This document shows, piece after piece, positions 26,488 to 40,300 of a stretch of DNA of 64,000 bases. The first letter of the stretch is position 1. Each line of letters begins with the position of its first letter. The position numbers were made by a program, and so were the translations under genes. This DNA comes from Hemiscyllium ocellatum. Taxonomy: Eukaryota. The stretch is taken from positions 33,758,484-33,822,483 of the forward strand of contig NC_083408.1 of NCBI RefSeq assembly GCF_020745735.1. The letters run 5' to 3'. The notes below the pieces were generated by a model. It worked only from the letters and a program-made list of their open reading frames with translations, was not told where the DNA came from and did no database searches.

Positions 26488-29400
26488 AGAGATACACTGA
26501 GTACACAGTGCTCTGAAGGTAGTACTCCATTTTTGCATCACCCCTGGAGCTTGGTAGCTGAAGATGGCCCCGAAACAATCCTACAGCAAATGTGCCATCC
26601 AATACTACTTGGAATTGGTTCCTCTTTGTTGTGGATGGGGCTTCACGTACTGCTCCCCTACCTGACACCTCTGGGCAGAAGCTTACAGGTCCGCTACATA
26701 TCACCACATTTAACCTGCATTTGTCTTAGTCCTCTCACAACATCCCAGCATCTGCACTCCAACATGGAATCTCAACATATGAGTTGTTCCAAACGTTTTC
26801 CATGGCTTTGTAGTTACTTGGAAACTTTTGGGATAAGGGCAGCCTTGTTCACTCACTGTAGTCTGTGGCTATGGATAGACCCATACTGTGATTAGCAAGG
26901 AAATTCCAGGATTTTGCCTCAGTGACAGTGGTAATATAGTTCCAAGTCAGGATATTGAGTGGCTCAGAGATGAACTTGAAAGTGGCTGTTCCCTTCATCT
27001 GCTGACTTTGTTCTTCTTGATGGTTCAGGTTGCGGGTTTGAAAGATGCCCTCAAAGGAGTATTGGTAAGTAGCTACAGTGGATGTAGCAGATGATAAATA
27101 CTGCAACCAACCCATCTGCTGTCAAGATCAGTCGTTCCCACTCACCTCTGAAGGTCTTGTTTGGAACAACGTTGGAATGAGGTCAGGAGCTGAATGCTTT
27201 CGTGAAACCCAAGCTGTGTGTCAATGAGCAGTTTATTGCTGACTAAGTGCTGCTTGACTGCACTGTCAACAATAGCAGTCTCTGGGAGACCGGACTGTGT
27301 TTAATGCTCTAAACACGGTCTAACCAAACTTCCACAGACCTCTCTACTTGCTAATTCTCTCGCTCTAGTAGTGAAATGGAACCTAACGGAATCCTCATCA
27401 ACAATAAATTATGCCTTGCCAAGATTATTTTCAAAGTAGAAACCTGGCACACTGTGTCATCTGGTCACAACCCTGCACTCCGTGGCATCTAGGGACTGGC
27501 GCAGGATTACCATAACTATCCAGAACAGCTACAAGGGAACAAAACCTCGATTCTAAATTCTAATGAGCACCACACCCAACTACTAATTGCTTTTTCTCCC
27601 TCCAAGTGCCAATTACCCTTCTGTGCACTTCCCCAATTTTCTGCTTGTAAAGTCATTCAAACTTTGTTGGTGGTCATAGTAATCATTGACCTCATAGCTA
27701 AACTGTTACTGTGTGCAGGATTAATTGAGCACATTAAGGCTTTTCAAATAACTAGCTGAGCTCAACAACTCTCCCAAATACACCCACCCAAATAGGTTCA
27801 GAAGCATCAACACACGGACATTTTCAGCTCTTCACATCAACTTTGATGAAGAGTCATGAAGATGCAACATGTTATCTTGCTCTCTCTCTCCATGGATGCT
27901 GCCTGACCCGTATGATTTCCAGCATTTTTTTTTGTTTTAAGTACAGATTCCAGCATCTGCAGTAAGTTGCTCCTACATCTAACAATAGTTGATTAAAACA
28001 CTGGAGTGTTTGATGGGGTATACACAAAGCTGTTTCAGCCTTGAGGTCTGGAAGTCACTCTGGACCTCTCCACATATGTCTCCCCAGGTTTAAGGTGCTT
28101 TGTAAAATCTTCTTGACCAAGTTTTGTCCCGCTTTGGCCCGGTTTCAATTCTAAGTCTAAATAAAGCCCTGTGAAGCTCCCTGACATGTTTTGCTGTATT
28201 AAAAGAACAATTTAAATGCAAAGTTCTTCTTGTTATTGTCTGTCATCTCATCAGTGATTTGACTTGTTTCTGTTCTGCATTAAAGAAGGAAAACAAAACA
28301 AGAACTGGTACATACACAGAGATACTTTCACAATCCAAGGAAGTCCAAAAGTATTGTTCAGCAATGCTGTTTTGCGAAGTGCAGTCACTGTTGCAACATA
28401 GGGAAATGGGCATTGGCGAATTTGCACATAGCAAGGTCCCACATGATAATGGTCAGACAGTGGACTTATCATTGAAGATATGCTGTACATCCCCTGCTAT
28501 GCTTGGTGGGGGACAGTACATAACATGAATTAGGAACAGAAATAGGTCATACAGCCCTTCAAGTCTGCTCTATCACTCAGTAAGATAAATAAAGGGAGCG
28601 TTACTCTGTAAACTTCCCCATAACCTCAGAGATGCTGACACTGGGGTGATAACGCTAATTTATTCACTTACACAAACACAAAAGAAAGGAAGAAAAATGA
28701 GAAAGTGAAATCTGGGTGAAGGCAAAAACTGCACACCTCAGGACGACTTCGAAGATCAGTTCTGTACTGACCCACATCCTGCTCCTACAAACACCCAATA
28801 TAAAAAAAGAGATCACAAAAGCAAGACAATGGAACATTTTCATTTCGCCTGCACCTGTTTAGTTTTCATATGTTATTTGTGACCCAATAGATTTCATTCC
28901 TTCCTGGGTCAATGTTTCTGGATTCAAGACCCTGAGTTTTAACCCAAGCTGAAACTTCTGGTGCAGTACTGATGGAAAGCTGCATTGTCAGAGGTAGCAC
29001 CCTTTAGTTAAACCGAGAGCATGTCCACACCTTCCAAATGGACTTGCAAAATCCCACTTTAAAGACTTGACTCTTGACCCTGGCAACTAGTTATCTCTCA
29101 ACAACACAAAAGAAATGGGCTGAATCTAAGGACAAAAGAAATAGGAACTGGAGCAGACCACATGGTTCTTGAGGGCTGCCTTGCTGTTGATAAAAGTCAT
29201 GACTAATATTTATCACAGCTCTGCTCTCTTTTAAAACTAAAAAAAAGCTTAAGTAGATTACAGCTAGCACAGTCGATTGTGTGTGTTAGTTGGCCTGACC
29301 TGTAAATTCATGTTGTCTCTCAAGAAGATACTTTTGGAATCTACCTGTGTGCGAGTGGGCTATTGCTACATTTTCCTATTTTGCATTACAGTTCATTGTT

Positions 29401-30047
29401 GCAAAATCCTTTGAGATTTATAGAGATACACAAATATAACTTCCTGTTGGTCTTTTTTCTTCACTAATGCAGAAATTATTACCTCGATAGTAGGCCTTTG
29501 GAGTCCGTAAGTTGCATCATACTTTGAGGCTGATTGCCAGTTCTTGTTTACTTTCCTTGCAATGGAATTTTAAAGCATGAATGATAGGTTGTGGGCGTCT
29601 GTTTGATTTGGCTGAGGGAATAATTCCAGGAGCAGGGCAGAGACGTTTTGTCAGCAACGTGTTACAACCGAGAGACAAAGGATGGTTTTCATGCTTGGAA
29701 ATAAAAGCAGCCTCAGCAATCAGGGCTTGCAGCTTGGTGTCAAATAGAGGGTTCAATAAACAACCACAACAAAATCTCCCAGAGGGTCAGGAGGCAGGGT
29801 ACCACGGGAACAGTCCCAAGTCTTTAAACCAAAGTCCAAAAGACACAAAAATGGTGACAGAGAGAAGAAACAAATCACAAACCCAGCACATGAAGGGACA
29901 GCAAGGGTAAATTTACAGGTAAACATAAACGTTAACTCACTGACAACCTATTATAGTTTAATTAATTAGTTGTAAGACTAAAAAAAACAAACTTTAGTAG
30001 ATTGTGTGTATTAGCTGGCCTGACCTGTAAGACAACCCCTGGCATGT

Positions 30048-30359
30048 GGGCGGCACGGTGGCACAGTGGTTAGCACTGCTGCCTCACAGCGCCTGAGACC
30101 CGGGTTCAATTCCCACCTCAGATCACTGACTGTGTGGAGTTTGCACATTCTCCTCGTGTCTGCGTGGGTTTCCTCCGGGTGCTCCGGTTTCCTCCCAAGG
30201 TCCAAAAATGTGCAGGTTAGGTGAATTGGCCATGCTAAATTGCCCGTAGTGTTAGGTGAAGGGGTAAATGTAAGGGAATGGGTCTGGGTGGGTTGCTGGT
30301 CAGTGTGGACTTGTTGGGCCAAAGGGCCTGTTTCCACACTATAAGTAATCTAATCTAAT
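30048..30359 (+). mobile_element. HE1-type SINE
   Basis: Same structure as 39987-40300. Confidence 0.9.
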
Positions 30360-32585
30360 TGTGGCAACACAATTTATAGTTTTGCATACACTTGATGCAG
30401 CGGTTAACAACCTCGCCCACCACCCAACCTTTTCAGCTCTGACTTTTTAAAAATACTTTGACGGGATGTAGGTGTCAAATACAGCAGTGACTCCACTTCC
30501 CTAACTGCCTTTGAATTGAGTGGCAAGCCAAGCCATATCAGGGCAGTTAAGGGTCAGCCATATTGTTCTGGGTTTGGAGTCACAACTAGGCTAGATCAGA
30601 TAAGGACGGAAGATATCCTTAAAGGACAGCAGTGGATTGGATGGTTCTTTACAATGGTTTTTGATAGTTTCAGAGTCACTACCTACTAAAATTAGATTTC
30701 AATACCAAATTTAGTTTTTTTTTCCTTTGATTAAATGAATCTAAATTCCATCAACTTTTGCAATGGTATTTGAACCATTGTCATTGGAGCAATAATCTGG
30801 ATCTTTGGACTACTAAAATTACCCATGTGCCACCATTGCTTATATAAATAGTCTGTCTCAATGTTAATCTCATAAGTGGATGTTTTAATTACTGGTACTT
30901 TATAAGTGGGCACAAGGGATTGACCAGGTGAAAGAGCATGTGTTACAAAGATGCGCAAGAGTTTAAGATAATTCTACGCAGATCAGATCCCAAGTGGTAA
31001 ACAACAAAAGTTGCCGTCACCATATACATGCAGAAGGCTATCATTTACTGGTGGCACATCAGCTGACTGCCAACTCTAGAGAATCTAATGATTATTATGG
31101 AGACATGTTTGGAGAGTGCCAAAGGTTGGTAATTAAATATTGTAGAATACCTGACATTTATAAGCAATAGAAGGAATGGAAAGTCAGGAGAGGTAGCCCT
31201 GTTGATTCAGAATGGGATAAAGATAGTAGGGAGAAAAGACCTCAACTCAGAAAATCCAGATGTACAACCAATTTACGTGCACACAATAAACAACAGAGTG
31301 AACACAATGAAGGGAGTCATGTTTGAGCACTCTTACAAAATAAGTTAGAGGCATATTGTGATTATGTTGAACTTGAATCTTCAAGTACAATCTAAGTTGG
31401 GCAAACCAGATTTGTTATAGCTTTGCACAATCAAATGCCTTGTGAAGTCCTTACCTCTGAATCAGAGGCTTTGGCTCAAGTGCCACTGTAGCTACTTGGT
31501 AGCCAAAGTAGAAACATTCATAATGCAGTCAAAGAGATACAGTATCAACTTGGAAATACTTTTAACACACATTAATGGCAGGTGGTAAGATTCCTGGCCA
31601 GTTATGGAAATAAACTGGAGTCTCTACTGTCACTATCCATAGCTCCAGGTTACAAAATACATGTAGAGGTGTTTGCTGCCACAGCAAGCCAGACTTCCTG
31701 GGTAGTTGGTTAGTTAGGCAGACACTTTGGATTAGATTGGTGCCAATAACAGAGTTTGATTCCTGTTCTAACTGGACTGAATTCAGACAGTGTTAGTCAA
31801 TAAACTTGGAGCAAATGAAGGAGAGCTGTCACAACATGATAAGAATTTAATAATGAATTTGCAAGTGATTTAGTTAAACAAGGAATTTGCACTTAAACAC
31901 GAACAAAGCATACTATATAGGCAAGAGGACTGGGTTGGCTAAGCGATACTGGGAGACCAGATCAAAAGGCTATAGGTAGGTAATGACGAACATTTAAAGA
32001 GTTAATTCATAATTTGTAATAATTTTCTGCTGCTTTATGGAATAAAAATCCATGGGAAAAGTAGTTCAATTCTGGCTAACAAGAGAAGCTAAAGACAGTA
32101 GTAGTTAAAAGGCTTGCCAAAAGTTCTAAACACAAAGTTTTAATGCATTATAAAATCGACAAAGGGTGACCAATATATCAATAAAGAGAAAAGACAATAT
32201 GATAATAAACTAACTAGAGCCAAAAAAATGTGAAAGCTTCAATTATATGTTAAAAGGAAGAGATTAGCAATTGTAAATATGACTGTTTGAGAGGCTGTGA
32301 CAGTGTAAATTATAGTTATAATTACATAATTATATCAATTATAATTATTGAATTATAAATATAAGTATGTTATTGACAAAATCATTCTAGAGTATGAAAA
32401 ACTGCAGGATGGCCAACACTATAAAGTTTTAAAGAGGGTAACAGAGACAACAAGTGCATTAGCTTTAATCTTACAGAATTCCCTGGATTCTGTAATGGTC
32501 TCCAGGAAGTTGAAGATAGCTAACATAATCCTGCTATTCGAGAAAGAAGTAACAAATCAAGGAATTATAAGATAGTTATACTAAG

Positions 32586-32715
32586 GGTTCTGATGAAGGG
32601 TCATCAATCTGAAATGTTAACTCTGTCTCTTACCACAGATGCTGCTGGATCTGCCCAGTATTTTCAGAATTTTCTGTTTTTATTTCAGATTTCATTTACA
32701 GTATTTTCTCCATGT
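32586..32715 (+). mobile_element. Short PLE-terminus-like element with a degenerate hammerhead motif
   Basis: GGGTT-CTGATGA...GAAATGTT-AACTC, then GATGCTGC..TTTCAG. Relatives at ~27840-27980, ~41680-41810 and ~20360-20430. Confidence 0.5.
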
Positions 32716-33084
32716 CATAAAGAATGTGCTGGAATTTATTATTAGGGGCCTAGTAGCAGAGCACATAGAAAATTGTCTAATGATATAGCACAGCTGACAA
32801 TAAGTTATGAAAAGTTTGTTTGGTGCATCTCTTTTGGAATTCTTGCGATTACAATTAGTAGAGTGACAAAACTGAACTAATAGATGCAGAGTCTTTGGAT
32901 TTTCAAAAGGCATAGGAATTCATCAGAATAGTTTATTACATAAAATCAAATCTTATGAGATAAGAGTTAACATTTTAGCATGGATTTAGGAATGGATAAT
33001 AGACAGAAGATAAGGAGTAGAAATAAACAGATCATTGTTAGGTTGGCAGGTTTGTAGGTCGTGGGTAACTGCAAAAAACAATGT

Positions 33085-33300
33085 GGGTTTGATTAACTCA
33101 GTTGGCTGGAGCTGGTTTACAGTGCAGAGTGACACAATAGTGTGGATGCAATTGCCAAACTAGCTGAGGTTACCATGAAGATCCAGCTTTCTCAACTTGA
33201 GGCGTGATGACCCTCAGGTTAAACCATCAGCAGTTGTCTCTGTATCTCTCTCTCTCTCTCCTTTTCATGAGGGAGCAGCCCTTTGGGACAACAGTGACTT
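33085..33300 (+). mobile_element. tRNA-derived SINE, third family
   Basis: A-box-like TAACTCAGTTGG. A reverse-oriented relative lies at 3505-3715. Confidence 0.5.
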
Positions 33301-34064
33301 CATCTAACAGGAAGAATCAATACTTGTTCCTCAGGAAATTTACAATCTGTATCAAAGTCTTAAACAAGGGGCCAAGTGGAATGAACCAAGATTTCTGGTG
33401 AATGGAAGTTGGTGGGAATGTATGAGATGAGGGCCCAAAGAGGCGAGGAAAGAACTCAGATAGGTTACATACCTGAATTGGAACATGTTAGGTAGCATAT
33501 GACATGGAGAAAAGTTATCTACATTGGTAGAAAAATAGGAACATAGTTTTAAATGTGACAGACTGGGAAGTGTTGGCATTGAGAAGGACTCTGGTCCTTT
33601 TTTGCCACTGGAGCGTAGGAGGTTGATGTTATTGAGGTTTATAAAAGCATGAAGATAAGGTGAGTGACAAAGGTCTTTTCCCTCAGGTAGGGGAGTTCAA
33701 AATTAGGGGACATACTTTTAAGGTGAGAGGAGAAAGATTTAAAAAGGACATGAGAGGCAACTTTTTTACACAGAGAGTGGGTTTGTGTGTGGAGTGAACT
33801 GGCAGAGAAAGTCTCAGTTGTAGGTACAGTTACAACATTTAAAAGACATTTGGGTAAGTTCATGGGCCAAGCACTTGCATGTGGGACTAGTTTAGTTTGG
33901 GAACATGGTCAACATGGACTGGTTGGACCAAAGGGTCTATTTCCATGCTCGATGACATGGTGTTCTTGTACTCAACTCACAACGAACACCATGCAGACAC
34001 AGCACGAAATTGGGAGGGCATATGGAATGACTGTCTTATTGCAGAAGGAACAATGAATAAACTT

Positions 34065-34385
34065 AGAATAATAGAATCCCTACAGCCTGAGGCCATTTGG
34101 CCCAACAAGTCCACCCAGACCAATTCCCCTACCCTATTACTCTCCATTTCCCATGACTAATGCACCTAACCTACACATCCTTGAATACTATGGTTAAATT
34201 AGCATGACCAATTCACCTAGCCTGCACATTTTTGGACTGTGGGAGGAAACCAGAGCACCCAGAGGAAACCCACAGAGACACGGGGAGAATGTGCAAACTC
34301 CACACAGACAGTCGCCAGAGGCTGGAATTGAACCCAGTCCCTGGCGCTGTGAGGCAGCAGTGCTAACCACTGAGCCACCATGACA
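34065..34385 (-). mobile_element. HE1-type SINE
   Basis: Same layout as the other copies. An older copy lies at ~44600-44935 (-). Confidence 0.85.
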
Positions 34386-36389
34386 TCCCTTACTTAGAGG
34401 GAGTGCATCTAAAGCTCACCAGATTGGTTCATGAGATGTTTTAGAAAAGAATATTACTTGTTAATGCGATGTGGGACTTGTTGGCTAGGCCAGCATGTAT
34501 TGCCCTTGAGAAGCATACATTGCTAGAACCCTGCACTCTTAAGGGGTTAGATATATTCCAAGGGAGGGAGTTCTAAGATCTTAACCTGGTGACATTGAAG
34601 AAACAGAGATATAGTGAGCAGCTTGCAGTGAAATTTGCAGGTGTTGGCTTCACATATACCTACTGCCTTTAACCTTCTAGATGCGAGAGGCTTCTCAAAA
34701 GAGCTGTCAAAGGAGACTTGGTGAGTTTCTGCAGTCAGTAAAGGAGATGTAGTAGTGGCAAATGTAATTATGTATATGAATGTATCCTTATTAATAATGG
34801 AAAAAAAGCTAGAGAATGGAGGGGGGAGAAATGCAGCGTATGATTTTAGACTTTGACAAGGTTAATGCTGAGGAATGCATTAAGCACAACAAGCATTTGA
34901 TTGAGAGCTCTGCATCTTGAAGAAGACTGATCTATCTTCTAGGTCTTTGTAACAATGTCTATCATACTAACCGTAACTTGTATAGGATTATCATCATACA
35001 ATAAACTATTCCCTGTTTCAGAGCCTCTTCTCATTAGACTACCTAAATGGTTTTCCTTTACCACACTTGACAAGGCAGACCCTGTAGTTCCTAACCTAAA
35101 AGGAAGATGGTAGCAGCAAATCCATCTTCTGGTGACCAACAGTCCTGCTGGGTTGTTCATGTGACAGAAAGACCACTGGCGAGGATTCATTATTAAGCAA
35201 GTTCTACAGGGGAATTCTGGAGAAGAACAAGAATGATAATGAAGCTGAATGATTCATAACAAACCAATGCTGATTTAAGACAGCAGAAGCAGATTGAATG
35301 TTTGGTGCTTGTGGTTAGCATAATCACATTGCAAGGATCATCGCAGTTTATGATCTGATTTACGCAACCTCCACTAAGGGAATCTTTGAATGATTGCAAA
35401 GATATATGCAAAGTTGTTTAGTAGTTGTTTGTTGATGTGAAATGCCAAGTTCATTATCACTGATTATTTGGTAACAAGTTAGAATATATTGAACGGGGGA
35501 TGCAGATAAGCATAAGTAGTATGCGGAAAGGTCAGTGTGTCCATAGGAACATAAGTAGCAGGAGTAGGCCATTTGGCCTTTGAGCTCACTCCACCATTCA
35601 ACAAGATGACGGCTGTTCTGGTTGTGGCTTCAGCTCCACTTTCCATTTGCACACCATAACCCTTGATTCCCCTGTCTATCAAAAATTTAAGTGAGTCTTG
35701 AATAAATATAAAAGAGTGCAACCACCACCTTTTCGCGAGAGAGGGATCCGACATTCTAATAAAATCTTTGAGAAATAAAATCTTTCTTCTAATCTCTGTC
35801 TTAAAAGAGAGACCTTTTATTCTCAAACTATGTCATCCTAGTTTTAGTCTCCCCTACAACAGGAAACATCCTCCTGGCATCCATGCTATTCCATCTAGAT
35901 AGTCAATGTTTCAATAAGACAACATCTCATTTTTCTGAATTCCAATGAGTATAGACCTAATCTGTTCAACCTTTCCTCAGGGTTGAGGAAGTGAGCATTC
36001 TCTGGCCTGTTTCTAAAAATAATATTATTTTCGGAATAAGGAGACCAAACTGTACACGTACAGAAGTGCTCTCACCAAGGTATGTAGATCTACAGCAATG
36101 AGCATTTATAAACAATGTGGATAACAGCAACAGTGTAAGACACGGAAAGGTTGGGTCATACACACAGCAATATTACCTAAATTATTTTCATGCAGAAAGA
36201 TAGCAGAGAGATAGATCGTAAAGGATCAACAGTATCTGTGAGTACTGCTCCATTCCTCTTACTGCTGAGGTAGATCCTAAATTGAGGACTTCTCAAACTA
36301 TAGTCACTGCTAAACAATTTTCTCCAATGCAAGACTGTCTCCCTGTTTTATTACTATTAAAACAGTATCTACTGTAGTTCAGTTCATCA

Positions 36390-36781
36390 TATCCTGAATC
36401 TGAGTGAGGAGGAGCTCGGCTCAAAACTCACTCCAAAATTTTGAGCACATAATCCAGTGTGATATTTCAATGTTATCTGTGGGGGAGTGCTGCACTGTCA
36501 GAGTCTGTCACTACTGTTCTGATGAGTCTTTAAATTGAGATCCTCATTGCCATCACAGCTTTATATAAAATATCCGATGACATTTGAAGCAGAGCTGGAC
36601 TGCTCTCCATGCCTGGGCATTTATCTCACAGTCCACATCGCTAATGACAATCAACATAGTCAATATTTCCCTGCTGTGTGATGTGTTTCCCACATTTCAG
36701 TGGCAACCATACATTCCTGATTGTAAAATGCTGTGGGACATTCTGAGGTTGTGAATGCAACTATATGAATGCACTTTCTTT
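36390..36781 (+). mobile_element. Ancient Deu-domain SINE (SacSINE/AmnSINE-like)
   Basis: GAGCACATAATCCAG...GGGAGTGCTGCACTGTCAGAG, with 3' end CTGAGGTTGTGAA..CTATATGAATGCA. Fragments also near 28930-29100, 43060-43270, 50570-50710 and 51430-51530. Confidence 0.6.
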
Positions 36782-37312
36782 ATTCCAATCAATACTGTTC
36801 TGAGCGTCCCACTTATTTCTTCTAAGTTCTTTTCTCCATACGGTTATTGTGATAAAGCCAAGTTCCATCAAACCACCTGCTGAGTCACTGGAATGGAAGG
36901 ACGACCTGCTACAAGAGCCCAATATTATGATTCGATGAATCCCCTCAAGGAGTTGTTTTCCATTCATACTTGATTACAGGCCTAACCGTTGACGAATAAA
37001 ATTTGTAAGAAGCTCAAGGGCCTTTCAAGAACAAACTATGCTCCTCAAAACATACTTGTTTGATTGAACCTGAAACTGTTTACAGTCATATTTCTTTATT
37101 TGGATCAGTGTAAAATTATGTCACATTACACTCCTATGAATTGCTTTCAGACATATCAGTGAAATATAAATGTAAATTGGGATGGTGGAGGTCCTCTCAC
37201 CTTCTACAATATGGAATTTTCCCAAATGTCTTCCAGATTATTTTATTGATTTGCAACGTATGGTTAAGCTCTCTGACTGAACCCAGCTTCAAACTGGGAG
37301 CCCAATGTAATT

Positions 37313-37525
37313 AGAGCTGAAAATGTGTTGCTGGAAAAGCGCAGCAGGTCAGGCAGCATCCAAGGAACAGGAGATTCGACGTTTCGGGCATAAGCCCTTC
37401 TTTTGAAGAAGGGCTTATGCCCGAAATGTTGAATCTCCTGTTCCTTGGATGCTGCCTGACCTGCTGCGCTTTTCCAGCAACACATTTTCAGCTCTGATCT
37501 CCAGCATCTGCAGACCTCACTTTCT
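37313..37525. mobile_element. Penelope-like fold-back insertion with TSD
   Basis: 90-bp inverted arms (37313-37402 / 37406-37495) with 2 mismatches. TSD GCCCAATGTAATT(A) at 37300 and 37526. Confidence 0.85.
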
Positions 37526-37549
37526 GCCCAATGTAATTACTCAAGTCAA

Positions 37550-38985
37550 TGGAAATAATAAAGCTCCAAAAATATCTCTATCCCCAATTTTGGGGGAGCC
37601 CACTCATCAGTGCAAAAATAGAGTTGAAGCATTTGCAGCAAACTTCAGCCAGAAGTGGTGAGCCAATGATTCATTCCGCCTCCTCTAGAGGTCCCAAGCA
37701 TCACAGATCCCAGTCTTCAGCCAATTCGATTCATTCACATGACACCAAGGAACATGTGGAGACACTGGATACTGCAAGGTTGTGAGCTCTGACAACATTC
37801 TGGCAATAGTATTGAATTTGCCGCTCCCCTAGCCAAGCTGTTCTACTACAGTTACAATACTGGCATCTACTTGACAATGTAGAATATTGCCCAGGTATGA
37901 GTTACGCATAAAAAGCAGGGCTAATCCAACCCAGATAATTATCACCCTAGAAGTCTATTCTAGGGTGTTGGAAGGTGTCATCGACAGTGCTATCAAGCAG
38001 CACCTGCTCAGCAATAACCTGCTCAGTGACGCCCAGTTTGGGCTCCACTTGGGCCACTCAGCTCCTGACCTCATTATCGCCTTGGTTCAAACATGGACAA
38101 AGGAGCTGAATTCCAGAGGGGAGGTGATAGTGACAGCCCTCGACATCAAGGCTGCATTTAACTGAATGTGCCATCAAGGACTCTCAGCAAAAACTGGAAT
38201 GAAAGGATATCAGGGGCAAGCTCTCTGCTGGTTTGAGTCATACCTGGCACATATCCAAGTATGGGCTGACTTGTGGCAACTAACATTCACACCACACAGA
38301 TGCCATGCAATGACCATCACCAACAAGAGATAATCTAACCACTACGCTTGTCATTGAATGGTATTACCATCACTGAATCCCACACTATTAAACATCCTGA
38401 GGAGGTTACCATTGACTAGAAAGAAACTCACTAGTCTAGCCATATAAACACAATGGCTACAAAAGCAGGTCAGATGCTAGGAATCTTGTGGAGAATAGTT
38501 CTCCTCATAAAAACTTTAAGCCTGTCCACCATCTGTTAGGCACAAGTTGGGGGTGTGATGGAGTACTCCCCACTTGCTTGGATGGGTGTAGCTCCCACAA
38601 CACTCAAGAAGCTTGACACAATCCACGACAGAACTTGATTAGCACCACACCCACTAGCATCAACGCCCATCGCCAAAGACACTCAGTAGTAGTGGTTTGT
38701 ATTATCTACAAGATGCACTGTCGAAATTTATCAAAGTTCCTCAGACAGCATCTTCCAAACCCATGACCACTCTCAATCTAGAAGGACAAGGGCAGCAGAA
38801 GTATGGGAACACCACCGTAAGTTCCCTCTGAGCCTTTCTGTCTTAGAAATATATCACCATGTACACAGCACATGGACTGCAACTGTTCAAGAAGGCAGCT
38901 CACCACCCCCTTCTCAATGGCAACTAGGGACAGGCAATAAATGCTGGTCAGCCAGCAACATCACATCCAATGACTAAATAAAGAA
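37550..38985 (+). mobile_element. Second LINE family copy
   Basis: EGVIDSAIKQHLLSNNLLSDAQFG...ALDIKAAF and the family 3' end GGCAATAAATGCTGG. Confidence 0.85.
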
Positions 38986-39986
38986 ATTCTGTACATAGAA
39001 ATCCCCCTGTAAATTATTTAATTGCTTCCCCCCCAAAAAAAGATTTGTTAGATAGCAGAACACTGCCCATGGTACTGTACAACATCAGAAAGGGCCAGGT
39101 GGCTGAGGGAGTAAAAAATACAAGACGCTACTTAGTGAACTTAAGAGGTGAGAGGAAAGCAAATATCTGCAAAACCTCAGACTATTGATTGAGTGGTAGG
39201 TAAGTGTGAGTCAAACTATTCCTTAATTCAAACAGACCATTATTCATCCATGAAGAATGTGTTTCTGGGAGTGGTGAATAATAGATATCATTTGTAAGCA
39301 TTGGATAACATTTCAAGGTTAGTATATCATATGCCAACAAACAGCACTTGACAAATCAGTGCAAAACAAATCACACTCCCTCTCTTAAGAAAAGCTGGGG
39401 CAAAGGGAAAAAGACATTCCTACCTTAGACACTAGGATCTATCCCTGCGAAACAACATTGACAATTTAATTTCATGATGGGAGGGGAAAGGGAAGGATTT
39501 AAGAATTAATGGGCACTATTCAAATAGTGCATGGGATACTCTCTGAGAATGAGGATGACACTTGCTCATGCTAAAGATGAATGCGTGGAGCCCTTTAACT
39601 AGGGGAGGCCGTTGTGCTGCAGCTACCACAGGGTCCTGCCTGACCAGGGAACTCTCCACTCCTACCAACTGCTGTGACGTGGGATTTGCAATAATCAATC
39701 AATTGATAGTTAATCTACAGTATGTGGTTACAACATGCTCTTTCATGATCATCAAGTGCATGTAGCTTCTGGCCCAGATGTAGGGATATTACCCACTGCA
39801 CCACAAGGCCTGTCATTCAGACAGTAAAGTGATATGGGGTGGGAGCAAGCTGTCCAGAAATGCAGTGAAGCAAATGCCACTAGTGCAAATGGAAAGCTCT
39901 TTTCCCCAGGTATTGAAGCAATGGAAAACAGCCTGGGGTTACTTGAAACTTATCCCATGAAAAAGGTGCCGAGAAAGGTGCCGTGT

Positions 39987-40300
39987 GGGCGGCACGGTGG
40001 CCCAGTGGTTAGCACTGCTGCCTCACAGCGCCTGTAGACCCGGGTTCAATTCCCGACTCAGGCGACTGACTGTGTGGAGTTTGCACATTCTCCCCGTGTC
40101 CGCGTGGGATTCCTCCGGGTGCTCCGGTTTCCTCCCACAGTCCAAAGATGTGCGGATCAGGTGAATTGGCCATGCTAAATTGCCCGTAGTGTTAGGTAAG
40201 GGGTAAATGTAGGGGTATGGGTGGGTTGCGCTTCGGCGGGTCGGTGTGGACTTGTTGGGCTGAAGGGCCTGTTTCCACACTGTAAGTCTAATCTAATCTA
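39987..40300 (+). mobile_element. HE1-type tRNA-derived V-SINE, full length
   Basis: A box TGGCCCAGTGG, B box GGTTCAATTCC, V-domain GGTGCTCCGGTTTCCTCCCACAGTCCAAAGA, CR1-like 3' end and (CTAAT)n tail. Confidence 0.9.

Larger units (their letters stand above)
31040..33960 (+). mobile_element. Highly decayed CR1 with nested SINE/PLE fragments
   Basis: ALALILQNSLDS..KIANIILLFEK, and a CR1 3' end at 33610-33960. Confidence 0.6.

Noticed and set aside
27293-27320. Small hairpin GACTGTGTTTA-N6-TAAACACGGTC
   Set aside because: Short and isolated; compatible with chance in 64 kb.
39987-40060. tRNA gene
   Set aside because: The A/B boxes belong to the tRNA-derived head of a SINE that continues into a V domain and LINE tail.
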